Source of the DNA: Octopus vulgaris
Taxonomy: Eukaryota
Direction: 5' to 3'
NCBI GenBank assembly: GCA_951406725.2
Contig: OX597820.1
Coordinates: forward strand, 101,742,001-101,806,000
DNA length: 64,000 nt
The notes beneath the pieces were generated by a model that was given only the letters and a program-made list of their open reading frames with translations, was not told where the DNA came from and made no database searches. Below, piece by piece: positions 25,213 to 41,300 of the stretch. The position numbers were made by a program, and so were the translations under genes. Every line of letters begins with the position of its first letter. Position 1 is the first letter of the stretch.

Positions 25213-25459
25213 TTTGGATGCATTCTTTGCAAATTTCTTCTCATATAAGATATGGGTGAATTGATATATTCACTGAGGAATTTTATGATAGTGATGGTTA
25301 TGATAATGATGATGATGATGATGACAGTAATGGCAATAACAATGATGGTAACAGTGTGAATGACAATGATGATGATGATGATGATGATATGACATCAATA
25401 TTAGCAAAAATGATTATGATAATGATTATGATTATGATGGTGATAATAATAATAATGAT

Positions 25460-26338
25460 CTCTAGTTTTGGTAGAAGGCCAGCAATATTGAAGGGTTGCA
25501 TAAGTACATTGCATCAACCCTAGAGCTCAACTGGTACTTCACTTTATCAACCCCGAAAGGATGAAAGGCAAAGTCAACTTAGGCAATATTTGAACTCAGA
25601 ACATAAAAAGCATTTTGTCGAATGCTCTAATGATTCTACCAGTTCACACGCTTGGTAATAATAATAACGGTAATAATCCTTTCTACTGTAGGCACAAGGC
25701 CTGAAATTGAGGGGAGGGGACTACTTAATTTATCGACCCAGAAAGGATAAAAGACAAAGTTGATCTCAACAGAATTTGAACTCAGAACATAGCGACAGGC
25801 AAAATACTGCTAAGCATTTCGTCCAGCGGGCTAACAATTCTGCCAGCTCACTGCCTTTAATAATAACAGTAATAACGATAAGCCATTCTACTATAGGCAA
25901 AGGCCTGGATTTTCGTGGGGAGGGAGACAATTGATCACGTCAATCCCAGGACTTGACTGGTACTTAATTTATCAACCCCAAAAGGATGGAAAGCAAAATC
26001 GACCTTGACAGAATTTGAACTCAGAACACAAAGACATACAAAATGCTGCTAAGCATTTTGCCCAGTGCGCTAACAATTCTGCCAGGATGCTGATGATGCT
26101 GATGACGATGATGATGATGATGATGATGATGATGAAGATGATGATGATTTCAAATTTTGGCGCAAGGCCAGCAATTCCATGGAAGGGGTAAAATGATTAC
26201 ATTTGACCCCCGTGTTCAACTGGTACTTATTTTATCGACCCCAAAAAGTTGAAAGGCAAAATTGACCTCAGCGGAATTTGAACTCAGAACGTAAAACCAG
26301 GCAAAATGCCTTTAATCATTTTGCCCAGAGTGCTAACT

Positions 26339-26340
<2 letters not shown>
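25460..26340 (-). mobile_element. Tandem array of 4 SINE-B-related copies separated by (AAT)n/(GAT)n
   Basis: Units start at about 25460, 25677, 25882 and 26147; each has the ccg/caaaggatgaaaggcaaagtc..gaatttgaactcagaac core. Confidence 0.8.
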
Positions 26341-26399
<59 letters not shown>

Positions 26400-26969
26400 T
26401 AATAATAATGATAATAACAACAATGACAATGACAGCAACAACTGCTACAACAGTAATAACAATAATAATAGTATGATACACTGGTAGAGTTAACGCATAG
26501 ATTTACTAAATAGTAGATGTGAGATTGAGATTAGGAAAATGTGTTAAGGCATATTTGAAGATAGGAAATTTAATTAAGAATACCTATATCATGTTAGACT
26601 ACAAAATGCAAAGACAGAGATAAGAGAATCCAGTAAATCACAGATTACAAATACTCAGGAATAAATAATGTAGAGTACAACATACATAAAAATGGAAAAA
26701 AATATATTTAGTAGGAAGGCATATTTTAGACAAGTTAGATTAACACTAAAAATAGATCCAAATGTAAAAAAATAAGGGAATAGTCACCAGTACTCTAGCT
26801 GTCTTCGTTATAAATTATTCCTAGCTGGATACTGAAGAAAAGAAAAAAGGCAAGAATTGAATAACCTACCAAAAATCTGATGAGGTTATAATTCCTGTGA
26901 ATATCATGTGAAAAGGTTTAATGCAACGAAAAAACTATTGTAAAATATCCACAGTGGAATTACAAAAAT

Positions 26970-26993
26970 ATCTCCTCCTCCTCCTCCTCCTCC

Positions 26994-27032
<39 letters not shown>

Positions 27033-27062
27033 ATATCATCATCATCATCATCATCATCATCC

Positions 27063-27103
<41 letters not shown>

Positions 27104-27145
27104 GTTGTCGTCGTCGTCATCATTGTCATCGTCACCACCACCATC
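26970..27145. repeat. (CTC)n/(ATC)n trinucleotide tract
   Basis: Seen directly; forms the tail of the adjacent minus-strand RTE. Confidence 0.9.
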
Positions 27146-27560
27146 GTTCAATGTCCACTTTCTATGCTGGCCAGAGAGCTGCACCAGGTTCCAGTCTGAT
27201 TTGGCTTGGTTTTTATGGCTGTGTGCACTTCCTAATGCCAACCACTTTACTGTGTGTGCTTGGTGCTTTTAATGTGGCAGCTTTCACATGGCACCAGTAT
27301 GAGTGGTTTTTACATGGCACATGGGGAGTGGCTTTTACACTTCTCTTGCAGAGGATGGGTCTTCTTGAGTACATCAAGCTGCCAGGTATCTCGATCCTTT
27401 GTTCTCTTGTCTGAAAGGTCCAGTGTCTTGAGGTTGTCATTCAATATTTTGTCCCATGTCTTCCTGGGTCTCCTTCTTCCACAAGTTCCATCCCCTTTGA
27501 AATATCAGCACTTTATGGAGCTGTTGGCATCCATCTGCATACATGTCCAAACCAATGCAG
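27140..27560 (-). mobile_element. RTE LINE 3' remnant
   Basis: Minus strand EGDGTCGRRRPRKTWD-like coding tail followed by a 3' UTR. Confidence 0.7.
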
Positions 27561-28242
27561 TCAAATAGCTTCAACACATGAATTATGCAAAATACTGTTC
27601 TTTGTCTTTTTTGGTAGTCAACAGACAAAGTAAAGACTGAAGTGACAAAGTGTTGAAGAGAGAAAGAAAAAGCAACATGAAATGTGAAGAGGCTGAAAAA
27701 TCAAGCTAAAAATTGGTCTAAAGTTTACTGTGCCAAAATGATGGAAAGAAGGGTCTCTACCTGAAAGAAAATATTGAAAAGGGTGGAAATATAGTGTACA
27801 TCAGTAAATTGAGGTCATTTGAATGAATTTAGAAAAATATGCAAAGCTTATCAAAGAAAAGCTTTCTTTGAAAGTTGAATGGTACAAATAATCTTAAGAA
27901 TCCTTTTATCACACCAATTCAATAAATCCACCGTTAACATCAATGGCTGCTTCAAAATGGAGTTGGAAGCATTGACATGCCTGAATCAGATGATCATTAT
28001 CAATTTTGGACATAGTGCTGGTTATGGCAGCCTTGAAAGATTCTATGGTATAATGGGGTGTTGATTAACCCCCCCCCCTCTCTCTCTCTCTCTCTCAACT
28101 ACGCCCCAAAAGTGTTAGTGCAGTGGATTGGGGTTTGGTGGGCTAGGAGTCCATGTATCTGGAAGAACATGATTATGGAGATTGGCATGTATCCATACTG
28201 ATTCAGAAGGAAGTTTATTTCTTTCCCATTGTTTAATTATAT

Positions 28243-29291
28243 TGTTACGGGACCTCCGAACGAAAGCTGTTATAGAATCCCTCACACAGGCCCGATCGAT
28301 CAGCGAATGTTCGCCACGGAAACTCGGAGAGGAGAGAGAGACAACAACTACAACAACAGCTGCAAGAAGAGACACAGAGGCAATCGAGAGAGACACAAAG
28401 AAGGCAATTGGCTTACATTTAACGTACTAGTTTATAACACTTTATAATTGTTACAACATCAAATACATATCAGATACATCAAAGAGGAAATACCTGCAAG
28501 TAACAACACATCAAATGCAATAACAACAGCATTTAAAGAGTACACGTCGAATTAAACAACAAGTCAATACATTATACAGTCCGGAAACAACATTTCTGTT
28601 TCAAATTCCATTAATGTTACAGTTCAAAGGACATTAAAGGCATATACAGTTCAATGTTCATTAAAGACTACAACAGAGTCTCTCTCTTGCTTTAACAGTT
28701 CTGTAACACATATCAACACAGTTCACATTGTTCTTTTTACTGTCTCATTTCTTTTCCAGCCTTTATAACACATCGACTAGTCCTTTACTCAATTCACATA
28801 TCAATACAACAATTCACGTACCGTTACATCAGCCAATGTCTCACATTGTAGTTCATCTCTCTTAGCACTGTTAAATCCAACTGCCAACCGCTAAATCCAA
28901 CCGCCAACCGCTTACCTCAAATACCAAATCCTGACTGCTAAATCCAACCGCCAACTGCTCGCCTTGACTCCCAAATACCGACTGCTAAATCCTCACTTGC
29001 TCTGTCCTCGACTGCCTTGTCACTACCCCAATCTCTCTGTCTCAATCTCCCTCTCTCTTAGCTCTGTAATACTCTCTCTCTGTCTTCCTCTTTCACATTC
29101 TCTATCATTCTCTCGCTTGTCAGCTCCTCAGATTCCTTAATCTGTCTTCCTCAGCCCCTCAACATTTCTCTCACTGTCTCTCACAAACTGAACTCTAATT
29201 CACCTGACAGGGTCGGGGAGTTTCCCCGACCGGCACAAGGCCAAAGGTCCCCTAAAAGCTCATTACTCTTCCCAAAACAAAGGACTATAAC
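28243..29291. mobile_element. Possible solo LTR or unclassified element
   Basis: Starts TGTTAC, ends ..ATAAC; internal ctaaatccaaccgccaaccg sub-repeats (28870-28995); hairpin ggtcgggga-gtt-tccccgacc at about 29212-29231; no TSD found. Confidence 0.35.
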
Positions 29292-29629
29292 TTTGCATTG
29301 TAGACTTTCAATCTCCAAGCCAAGCAAAGTAGGTCAAGAAGTACTGCACCAGCTGAACCATTCACAACAATATAAATGTTGTTGTATCATTTATTCACCA
29401 ATTCATTTTCTTATCCTCCCCACCACCACGCCTTTCTGATAGTAAGATATCCTTGTATCCCTGAAGAGGAAAAGACAATGAGATGAGAAAAAGAAAATTA
29501 GATGAGTTGAACAGGTTCGGCTTGCAGAACTAACAAATAAATATATCTATTTATGTATTTGCTGCACTTCATTTAATCAATTTCTGAATATCCATTTTTA
29601 AGTCCTATACACAAATTAGAAGAAAATAA

Positions 29630-29820
29630 CTTAGCCTTATGAGATGGTGCATGGAAGATGTACAATCTTCAATAGTGTACTGTCTGTCCAGGGCTGCACA
29701 GTTTTCTCCAACACTTCTGTGTGCACAGCAGCATTGACTCTTAAGCCCTGTGAAAACTGTGAGGAGGCATGACATCTCCATCATTGCTCACAACTCCCAG
29801 AACCATCACAGCAGCTGAGA
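29630..29820 (-). mobile_element. Second DD37D/maT-like transposase remnant
   Basis: AVMVLGVVSNDGDVMPPH / QGLRVNAAVHTEVLEKTVQPW / APSHKAK. Confidence 0.75.
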
Positions 29821-30458
29821 TATAAATAAATAATCTTTGTGTTGTTATATATGGACGAAGTTCATTTTAGGCTTCACACTATCGACATACAAGACGCGTC
29901 TATGAATGTCTTATGCCTCACTCACAAAAATAAAATTGAAAATGTATAAAATAACATTATTTCACACACAGAAAACAAGTATTTTAATTGCGATGCAAAA
30001 TATTAATAGTCAGCATGGACAAAAACAAAACCTTAAAATTTTAACAACAAGTTTAAATACACCAAGTGATAATATCAACAACAAAAACAATAGTTACACA
30101 TGTACATATGATGTCAAGTATAGATTTGAAGAACAGAATGATATCCTTCACAAACATTCTCTTAAATAAAATTTTTGATACAGAGTAATTTTCTGAAAGA
30201 ATAAATGCTTCAAGGTGTAGTGGATCCTTGGATTTGAACTCGTTATTCTGAATTATCAGTTAACTATCATGAGTGAGTCAAAGTTGAGACATGAATTCTT
30301 TTAGTAAACTCTGTATTTATTGACCAATTGGCTTGTAGCAGATCACACCATCACTTAGAACACCATCTCAAGTGTCCTTGAGAATCGCATCAATTTTTTT
30401 GAATTTAAGGAGTTCAGCACTAAAATCTGATGGCATCCAAAAAGAACAAAACTCATCT

Positions 30459-30523
30459 CTTACCAAGCAAACTTGCCAAGCACTCTTGCCAAGCACTCTT
30501 GCTAAGCACTCTTGCCAAACACC
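30459..30523. repeat. 13-bp tandem repeat x5 (cttgccaagcact)
   Basis: Seen directly. Confidence 0.85.
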
Positions 30524-31431
30524 CTAAGGCTAAGTGGTTCCGCTTCCTTATTCAGTGAAAGGACAGCACTCCTTAAGACATCCAGAAACTTAGCAAATGC
30601 AACTATGTCACTAGCAAAATCTAGGTCTATGATCCAAGTTTCAATAATGAGTGTTACAAAACCAAGTCAAACTGTGGTGAGACCCCCTATTCTTTAAAAA
30701 TCAAACAAGCAGTTAATTTACAAAATTATGCTTCTATGGTGCCACAGACTTTGTGAAAACACTATGATGTTACAAAAACAGTTATATTCAGAATATAAAC
30801 AACACGAAAAAGATAGATTACTACTATAATTAAAATTAAAACAATGTGAGGTATACTTGCCATCTCAATATGGCTAACCACTAAAGGTGGGTGTTACTGT
30901 AGCTTGTAGCCCCAAGAGAACTTCTCCTCCAGCTGGCTTTAGGCACACTTTCTGGGCCCTTATGGTATTTGCAAAGGGAGGTCACCCTTCCCTCGTCAAC
31001 CTATGTGATACGCATGAACTGCAGTTTCTAGGTTTTTACCTGTTATCACCTCACATTGTCGTGCAGTTACTGTTTATACCTCGTTCAGAGATTTATTATT
31101 GATTAAAATTAAAACATTTTCCCAAAATTAAAAAGAGAATACCCTCAAGATATTGATATTTTTCAAAATCAAATGTTTCAAAAATGCTTCCTGGTGCATT
31201 TAGTCAAACCCGCACAAGGTTTGAGGACTGGTTAAGTAAACAAGATTATGATGTGCCCTAACTCAACCAGCCAGAAATCTTTCATGTTTTATATCTTCAG
31301 CTTAAATCTTATTTTAATTAATGTGTATTTTATTGTACTTCTTTTAACATTTATTTCCATGCAAATATATGAACAAGCATACATATATACCTATTTTATG
31401 TCTATATAAATATATGTGTGTCTGCACATAC

Positions 31432-31468
<37 letters not shown>

Positions 31469-31667
31469 ATCATTATCATCATCATCAACATCATCAACAG
31501 CAACAACAACACTTGTTTCATAGAAGCCAACGTTGTTGAATTTTGCTTCACTAAAGTAAAAGCAGTTTATTTTCACAATTACATACATACATGCATATAC
31601 TAATACATGTGTGTGTGTATGTATATATATATTATATATATATTTTATGTAATAGTGTGTGTATGTA

Positions 31668-31724
<57 letters not shown>

Positions 31725-31924
31725 CATTCATAAGTATGTGTGTGTGTATATATATTATATAAGATTATATATGTATATATTTATATAAGTATTATGATAT
31801 ATATATATATATATGCCTAAGTATATATATATATATTACACACGCGTAAGTATGTATGTGTTTGATTTTGTATATATGTTATGCATTCACACATCACAGA
31901 CATATTAGAAAAGTAAAAACCATC

Positions 31925-32277
31925 TCTGTATCTGTCATAGTAAACAAAAGTTATTAAACCACAACATTGATTTGCCGAAGCCATGTAAAATGCTGAAATG
32001 TCTCCTTTTCTCCTTTCTTATCTCATTTCAAGGAAGTTGTGTCTTCTATAGGAGTTTTATAAATGAAAGAAACTGCAATCTAGGAATGCAAAAGTTGTCA
32101 TCAAATATTTGTAAAGAAACAATCAAATGAAGTTAAATATTGTTGGACATGAGAAATATTATCATTAAGAGTTATAATAGAAATAAAATTTCATTGAAGA
32201 GGGAAAGAGTCAAGTGTATCTTTATTTTGGCCAGAGAAAATATAACAAAGTTTCAGCATATATGTCAGTTTTATCCT
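31925..32277 (+). repeat. Copy 2 of the ~350-bp direct repeat
   Basis: Colinear with 23383-23740. Confidence 0.85.
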
Positions 32278-32495
32278 CGTTACCATAAAAACTAAACAAA
32301 TATTTGGTGAAATCTTTAGAACATCGGATAGATTGCTTTGAAGTGGTTATTTATGATCTTTGTGTTTTGGTTTCAAATCCTGCCTGAAGTCACTTTGCTT
32401 TTTGTGTTGTTTTTCTTATTTTGTGGGGTGGTAGGAAGTTGGGGTTATTGATAAATAAATAAAGTACCAGTCTGTGTTAGGACAGATTCTTCACT

Positions 32496-32572
<77 letters not shown>

Positions 32573-33009
32573 TTTTCTTCCTTCCTTCCTCTTTTTCTCT
32601 GATTCAGCCTAGTAGAGCTGCTATGGCTTCCATCAAGTTGTTGAAGGTCCAAGACACAGCATATATGATATGATATATAATATTGGTTTCAAACTTTGGC
32701 AGAAGGCCAGCAAGTTTGGGGGAGAGGGTAAGTTGTGTGCTTTGCAGGAAGTCTCCAAGTATTATGAAAACAGTGTTATAACTGATAAAGTTATCAATAC
32801 AGGAATTATATATCCTGTTAGATATACATAAAAATATCCTTAATAAAAACTAGTTTAAACTTGAATTTGATCATAGTAATGTCTTTAATACAATATATTC
32901 GAAAGAAAAGCTGTTTTCTCCCTTTCTTTGCTTCTCTATAAATGTGTTTGTATGTGTGTATATGTATATAAATATATATACAAATGTGTGTGGATGTGTG
33001 TGTATTCCT

Positions 33010-33240
33010 ATTTCTTTATTACCCACAAGGGGCTAAACACAGAGGGGACAAACAAAGACAGACATAGGTATTAAGTCGATTACATCGACCCCAGTGCGTA
33101 ACTGGTACTTAATTTATCGACCCCGAAAGGATGAAAGGCAAAGTCGACCTCGGCGGAATTTGAACTCACAACGTAACGCAGACGAAATACCGCTAAGCAT
33201 TTCGCCCGGCGTGCTAACGTTTCTGCCAGCTCACTGCCTT
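33010..33240 (-). mobile_element. SINE family B
   Basis: Full-length, low divergence from other copies. Confidence 0.85.
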
Positions 33241-33937
33241 ATGTGTGTGTATTCTGTTTCACTATTAAAATTTTTTTTCTATCATTATTAATTTTCTTTC
33301 CATTTTGACTGAAAAATGTAGCTATTACAACAACTATTGCAAATTGGCTTGTATCACATAACTGGTCCGTTTTGTGACCTATCAGTGTGAGATTGCGGCA
33401 TGATATGGTTTTCTGAAATGTTCTTGTTTCCTGTAAAAGACCGCTTTTGGCACTTTTTAAACACAGAATGATGAAGAAGGCTGAGCAATATGTGCCTTTA
33501 TTTTTGCCATCTCAGCCGGTCAAGGACATCTGTCACCATAGAGATTTGAGCAGTTGACTTTTGGACCAACCACATGTTGTCATACAGATAGCTTTCTATA
33601 ATTTCAGAGTAGTCTGTCTCTCTCTCTCTCTCTCTCAGGCAGCAATTATTAATATTGTTCATTGTAAATAGCCAACACCAAATATCTTTATGTCCAGTAC
33701 TAAATATTCAGCTAAATGTTCATGAGTTGCTACAGTTATTATTCATGCAGCCAGCAAAATATATCATTATTTCTCCATTACCCAAGCAACCAAGCTATTT
33801 GCAACACTAGTAACAACTTGTATTATCAACAATCCACATCATAAACCACTGTTATCATTAGTCGTCAAAATCACAAAAGCTGAAACTTAGAGAGCAGTAT
33901 TCATCTGTCACTAAAATTTCTGTGAGGTATTTATTAA

Positions 33938-34157
33938 CCCTTTCATTACCAATCCAACTGAAACCGGCTCTGGCTCTGAGTATAAATGTCTTGTTTTCAT
34001 AAGTTTTGAATTAAAATCTTCCACCAAACCTTACTCACAATTTATGTTCCTAACACCAGCTGAATGATAACTAAGTTATTTTACTAAATTCTTTGTTATA
34101 TTTAAAGTAATTGAAAGAAACATAGTGCATCCCAAAATAAATACGGTAACGAAAGGG
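33938..34157. mobile_element. piggyBac-type MITE
   Basis: TTAA-ccctttcattacc ... ggtaacgaaaggg-TTAA. Confidence 0.85.
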
Positions 34158-34223
34158 TTAAGAATAACACAAAATAACCAGCTTTATCCATACTGTTCTC
34201 ACAAGGTTCTTTGATGATTGGTG

Positions 34224-34937
34224 TGAGCTGGCAGAAACGTTAGCACGCCGGGCAAAATGCGTAGCCGTATTTCGTCTGCCGTTACATTCTGAGTTGAAAT
34301 TCCGCCGAGGTCGACTTTGCCTTTCATCCTTTCGGGGTCGATTAAATAAGTACCAGTTATGCACTGGGGTCGATATAATCGACTTGATCCATTTATCTGT
34401 CCTTGTTTGTCCTCTCTGTGTTTAGCCCCTTGTGGATAGTAAAGAAATAGGTGTGAGGTAACATATGCAGATTGACGACTTGAGAGACGACACAAGTCAC
34501 AAACCTGCACATTAGGGATTTATCTTAATGCTTTCTTTGACTTTGGCAGCGGTGACATAGCTAGAGTGTGATACCCATGGTAACACTTGAGTTTGTCCCC
34601 ATAAAGACATATTTATACAACAGGCCCAAAAGTGTTGCCCGAAGCAGATCAGTCCCTATCTCTAGCTATGCTTCATGGGTGGAAGGCCTATTTCTGGATA
34701 AGGTCTAGTATGTCAGTGTGAGCAGTAGCTGCACTCTCACAAAAATGCTTAGCAGTATTTCGTCTGCCGTTACGTTGTGAGTTCAAATACCACCGAGGTC
34801 GACTTTACCTTTCATCCTTTCGGGGTCGATGAATTAAGTACCAGTTACACACTGGGGTCGATGTATTCGACTTAATACCTATGTCTGTCCTTGTTTGTCC
34901 CCTCTATGTTTAGCCCCTTGTGGGTAATAAAGAAATA
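34224..34937 (+). mobile_element. Two SINE-B copies (34224-34449, 34743-34937) flanking a decayed hAT-like MITE (about 34547-34677)
   Basis: SINE-B cores; MITE ends cagcggtgacatagctag / ctagctatgcttcatg. Confidence 0.7.
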
Positions 34938-35349
34938 GATAAGCATTGTAGAGTAGAAATAATTGATGGTGAGTGGACTATTTCTGGATCTGAAGAGAAG
35001 GAGTACTTATTCTGATACAATCACAACCATGTTAGGGATGAGTTCTCAGTAATCTCACAGAAAAATTTATTATATTATGCATGTATATACCTATGTATAG
35101 CGCCAACAAATACAGACAGTCAATCACAGTGAGTGAAAGATAGATTGTTACGTAGACATATACATGTGTATGTAAGTGTGTGTGGGTATCATATATACAA
35201 ACACATGCGTGAATATATACATATATACACATACACACATACATATCTGTGTGTGAATCTAAATATATATATATATATATGTATGTATGTGTGTGTATAT
35301 ATATATATATATAAACATATATATATATAAATATATATATATACATACA

Positions 35350-35459
<110 letters not shown>

Positions 35460-35620
35460 CATACATACAGATAAGGATATAATTTTATTATCCTGCATTT
35501 GAGAATAAAATTATTTCCTTATCTGTATCTTTCAATACACATCAATGCTTCTAAAGCAAACTTTGTTTGTTGAATTTAACATACACACACACATACACAT
35601 ATGTATATATGTATTTGTAT

Positions 35621-37823
<2,203 letters not shown>

Positions 37824-38117
37824 CATATGCGTATGTATATATCTATGTAGGTTTGTATTATATATATGCACATTTCATTATGTGAACCGTTAATCCTTAC
37901 ACATTTTTTACTCCCTCCATTGTTTTGCTCTCAATAGTTTCTGTTGAAGAGCATAGGTTCAAAATGTCAAAGACTTTTCCATTCTTCTCAAGTTAAACTA
38001 ATACACCTGCTTGTTGTTCTTTCACCTGTCTTCGTCTTTTGTTTTCTGTGTATATATATATTTATATATATATATATATAAATATATATACACACACACA
38101 CACACATATATATGTAT

Positions 38118-38426
38118 ATATCACCGTGATCCCCGTGACTGACCAGGCTATCAGATGTTGCTACACATCACTGGTCACAATGCGCTTCAAATTGTTTTAG
38201 CCTTCAAATAACGCCACCTCGCTGGCTAAGTGAGCTGGCCTACAGAAGAAAGAGTGAGAGAAAGTTGTGGTGAAAGAGTACAGTATGGATCGCCACTAAC
38301 CCCTGCCTCGTGGAGCTTTAGGTGTTTTTGCTCAATAAACACTCACAACACCCGGTCTAGGAATCAAAACTGCGATTCTACAACCACGAGTCCGCTGCCC
38401 TAACCATTGGGCCATTGTGCCTCCAC
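38118..38426 (-). mobile_element. SINE family C variant
   Basis: Matches the head at 17369-17525. Confidence 0.75.
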
Positions 38427-39800
38427 GTCATTATGACATCACAAAGTTTGCTTCAGAGTCTTCGTTTCAAATAATTTTCAGTCTCTAACTTTTCCGGTCA
38501 TTAGAAGCTAAGAAAAGTGTGCATCAGTGTCTCACCTAAACATCTGAAGATTAGTATGAAGTTGCAGTCAACTTCACTTTGTTTTTAGTGCTTGTGAGGA
38601 TGTCTTATGCTGCTTTGACTTCTTAAACACCTTCTGTATTATGCTGGTTAATACCATAACATACATATAAGGTGTCCATTTGTATTCCGCACCCGTATGA
38701 ACTCTTAACCAGGCAATTTCAGAACAGGAGACTTGAGAGTCCCAACTAGAAATATACAATTCACCCTCGATATATTCGCACACGTTATTGTGCTAAACAA
38801 TTGTGTGACTCTAAAAGGAATGTGACATTATGTAACAAAAAAAAAATGCTGAACATGAAATAATGGTTGCTCAACGTATAGTTATAGGTATGTCGAGAGA
38901 GTAAGGCTATAAAACGTCTTATTTTGATAAGACATAAATAAGTTTGTTGCTATTAAAAGCTATGATAATATTTACTAGGCATTTCTGCAATAAGAAAAAT
39001 AGTTTCTTCATCAGATATTTGTTAAACTTCACAAGTCCACATACGTTTTTGGTTATAAGGGGGTGTGTATCTGGAGTTGTATGTATGAATGTATGTTTGT
39101 AAATGTAATGTGTGTCAATCGATCTCCTTCACACATTCTCTCTCTTTCAATTATTCTCTATCTTTCAATTTCTTCTCCTCTTTTACTCAATTACATACAT
39201 GCATGCAAGCACACACACACACAGTAATTCTGATACATACGTTCGCACATACGTATGTATGTCTATGTATGTATGCATGTATGCATGTCTGCATGTATGT
39301 ATTTATGGTTTTGATGTTTATGTAAACCTGTTCTTACTTGAGGCATGTGGGCACACATACACGGGAACGGTATGAGCTTTGTACAAGTTATTTTTGCAGT
39401 CGCCCCTAAAAATCTCTTTCTCTCTTCCACTCCTTAACTTACTTCCTCTACTACCTACCCTTACATATTCAGGCAAGTACCTCGGGTACTTAAACTATTC
39501 ACTCTGCTACAATGGGAAACATGAAAAGAATGGTTCCCTCAGCACAAGAAGATGAATCCTTAAATTCCAATCTCTTTTCTCTGATTCTTTCCCCACAAAT
39601 ATTTAAACTTTTGTTTGGATATCTCTCCTTCCTTCCTTCTCATTAAACCCTGGTCATTTCAGGTTGATCATACCTATGGTGCGAACCACCAAATGCTGGA
39701 TATCTGTGATGAATCACTTCTCTAGTAAATAACATAGCTTTAAACACTTTAGTGTTTTATCCTGTATCACACACACATACACACATACATTTTTTGCCTA

Positions 39801-39894
39801 GCAATGCTCACCTCTCACCCCATCAAATATCAGGCTGCTGTGGTTATGCAATGCTCACCCCTCACCCCATCAAATATCAGGCTGCTGTGGTTAT
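39801..39894. repeat. 47-bp tandem duplication
   Basis: gcaatgctcacc(t/c)ctcaccccatcaaatatcaggctgctgtggttat x2. Confidence 0.9.
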
Positions 39895-40099
39895 ATACCC
39901 CTCACAATACATATGACAATAATAAATAAATAAATAAATAGTTGATAACTTTAATAAACAACACATACGACAGCCTGAGTGAGGAAGCACTCAGGATTGG
40001 ATAATTGATAGTGAATCAAATAAAAGGACATGAACTCTCCGACTGCTCACCAGCATGGCACAAGCTTTCTTATATCCTGCAAGTTAAAAAAGGCAGTGA

Positions 40100-40400
40100 G
40101 GGCACATGGCTTAGTGGTTAGTGTATTCAGCTCATGAGTTCAATTCCCGGTGATGAGTTATGCCCTTGAGCAAGACACTTCATTTCCCATTGCTCCAGTA
40201 CACTCATCTGGCAAAAATGAGTAGTACCTGTATTTCAAAGGGCTGGCCCTGTCATACTCTGTGTCACGCTGAGTCTCCCTGAGAATTCACAGAAGATCTG
40301 GGTACTATGTTAAGGGGTCATGTGTGTGTGGAGTGCTCAAACACTTGCATGTCAATTTCACGTGCATGCTGTTCCGCTGATTGGATCAACTGAAAGAAGA
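40100..40400 (+). mobile_element. SINE family C variant
   Basis: ggcacatggcttagtggttag head. Confidence 0.7.
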
Positions 40401-40859
40401 CAAACAGCAACTGTGACCAAAAACGTACCAACAAAAATTCCCCTTTTCCTTTCAATTCCAAAACTTTATGTCTAGCAATATCAATTTAGGTACAATGAGA
40501 GGTAGGTCTGGTGAGATTGGGAAAACGATGCAGTAAGGACGAGTGTGCCAGTGGCATAGCTAGAATGTGTGCCATCTGGAAAAGCCTCTGAGTTTACTTC
40601 CTTATTGCCCTCTGTCCCTACAAAAGCTTATATAGTAGACCCAAAAGTGCCAACCCCATAAGAGCGTTGCCTGGGGCGGGCTTCCCCCTATTGCCTTTTC
40701 CCAATCAATTACTGCTCCTCCCCATTCCAAAGATTGATCTACAATAATCGGTGGTACTGAAGGCATTCCTAAGAGTTCGGTAGAGCATTTCACAGATTTT
40801 TCTCTAGTCCATCCACAATAAATGAAAACATTATTGAAGATCAGCCATAGCAACATGCT

Positions 40860-41300
40860 AGTGAGAAAATGGGTGATAATTCTAAAGTTAAAGAATCCAA
40901 AATTACCATTAAACACATCAACATGGGACCCACCACACTCACAGAAGCTGAAGATAAACTAGCTGAGGTTTTTAAGCATGGTGGGGATATAGCAGCTGAT
41001 TTTACCACCACACAAATTGTCAATGTATGGAATGGCTTACCAGTTCCACAAAACTGGAGTGATTCGATAAGGATTTCAATGGTGTAGCCAGCATATGTGC
41101 AGTTTGGGGCAGCCCTTGACTTTGCAATCTCCCACCTTATATATAAGTTTATACAGCAGACCTAAAAGTGGCACCCCCATAAAAATGCTACCTCCATATA
41201 AGTGTCGCCTTCATAAAGCCATCAACCGGGGTGTACTGCCCGTCTCACTCACAACTCACTAGCTATGCTACTGGATTTCAGTGTATAAGAGAAAAGATGC
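40860..41300 (+). mobile_element. RTE RT remnant interrupted by a hAT MITE (41079-41272)
   Basis: AEVFKHGG...VPQNWSDSIRIS|VYKRKD; MITE ends tggtgtagccag / ctagctatgctact with 8-bp TSD ggatttca; a related MITE end lies at 40549. Confidence 0.7.

Noticed and set aside
26876-26945. CTGATGA...GAAA hammerhead-like motif; also CTGATGA at about 49291 and an orphan GAAACATGTT at about 61125(-)
   Set aside because: No stem I, or one half of the core is missing
26960-27241. Poly-Asp/Glu and poly-Met ORFs
   Set aside because: (ATC)n tail of an RTE remnant
38574-38783. 69-aa minus-strand ORF with a nearby acceptor-like site
   Set aside because: No recognisable protein features or partner exons
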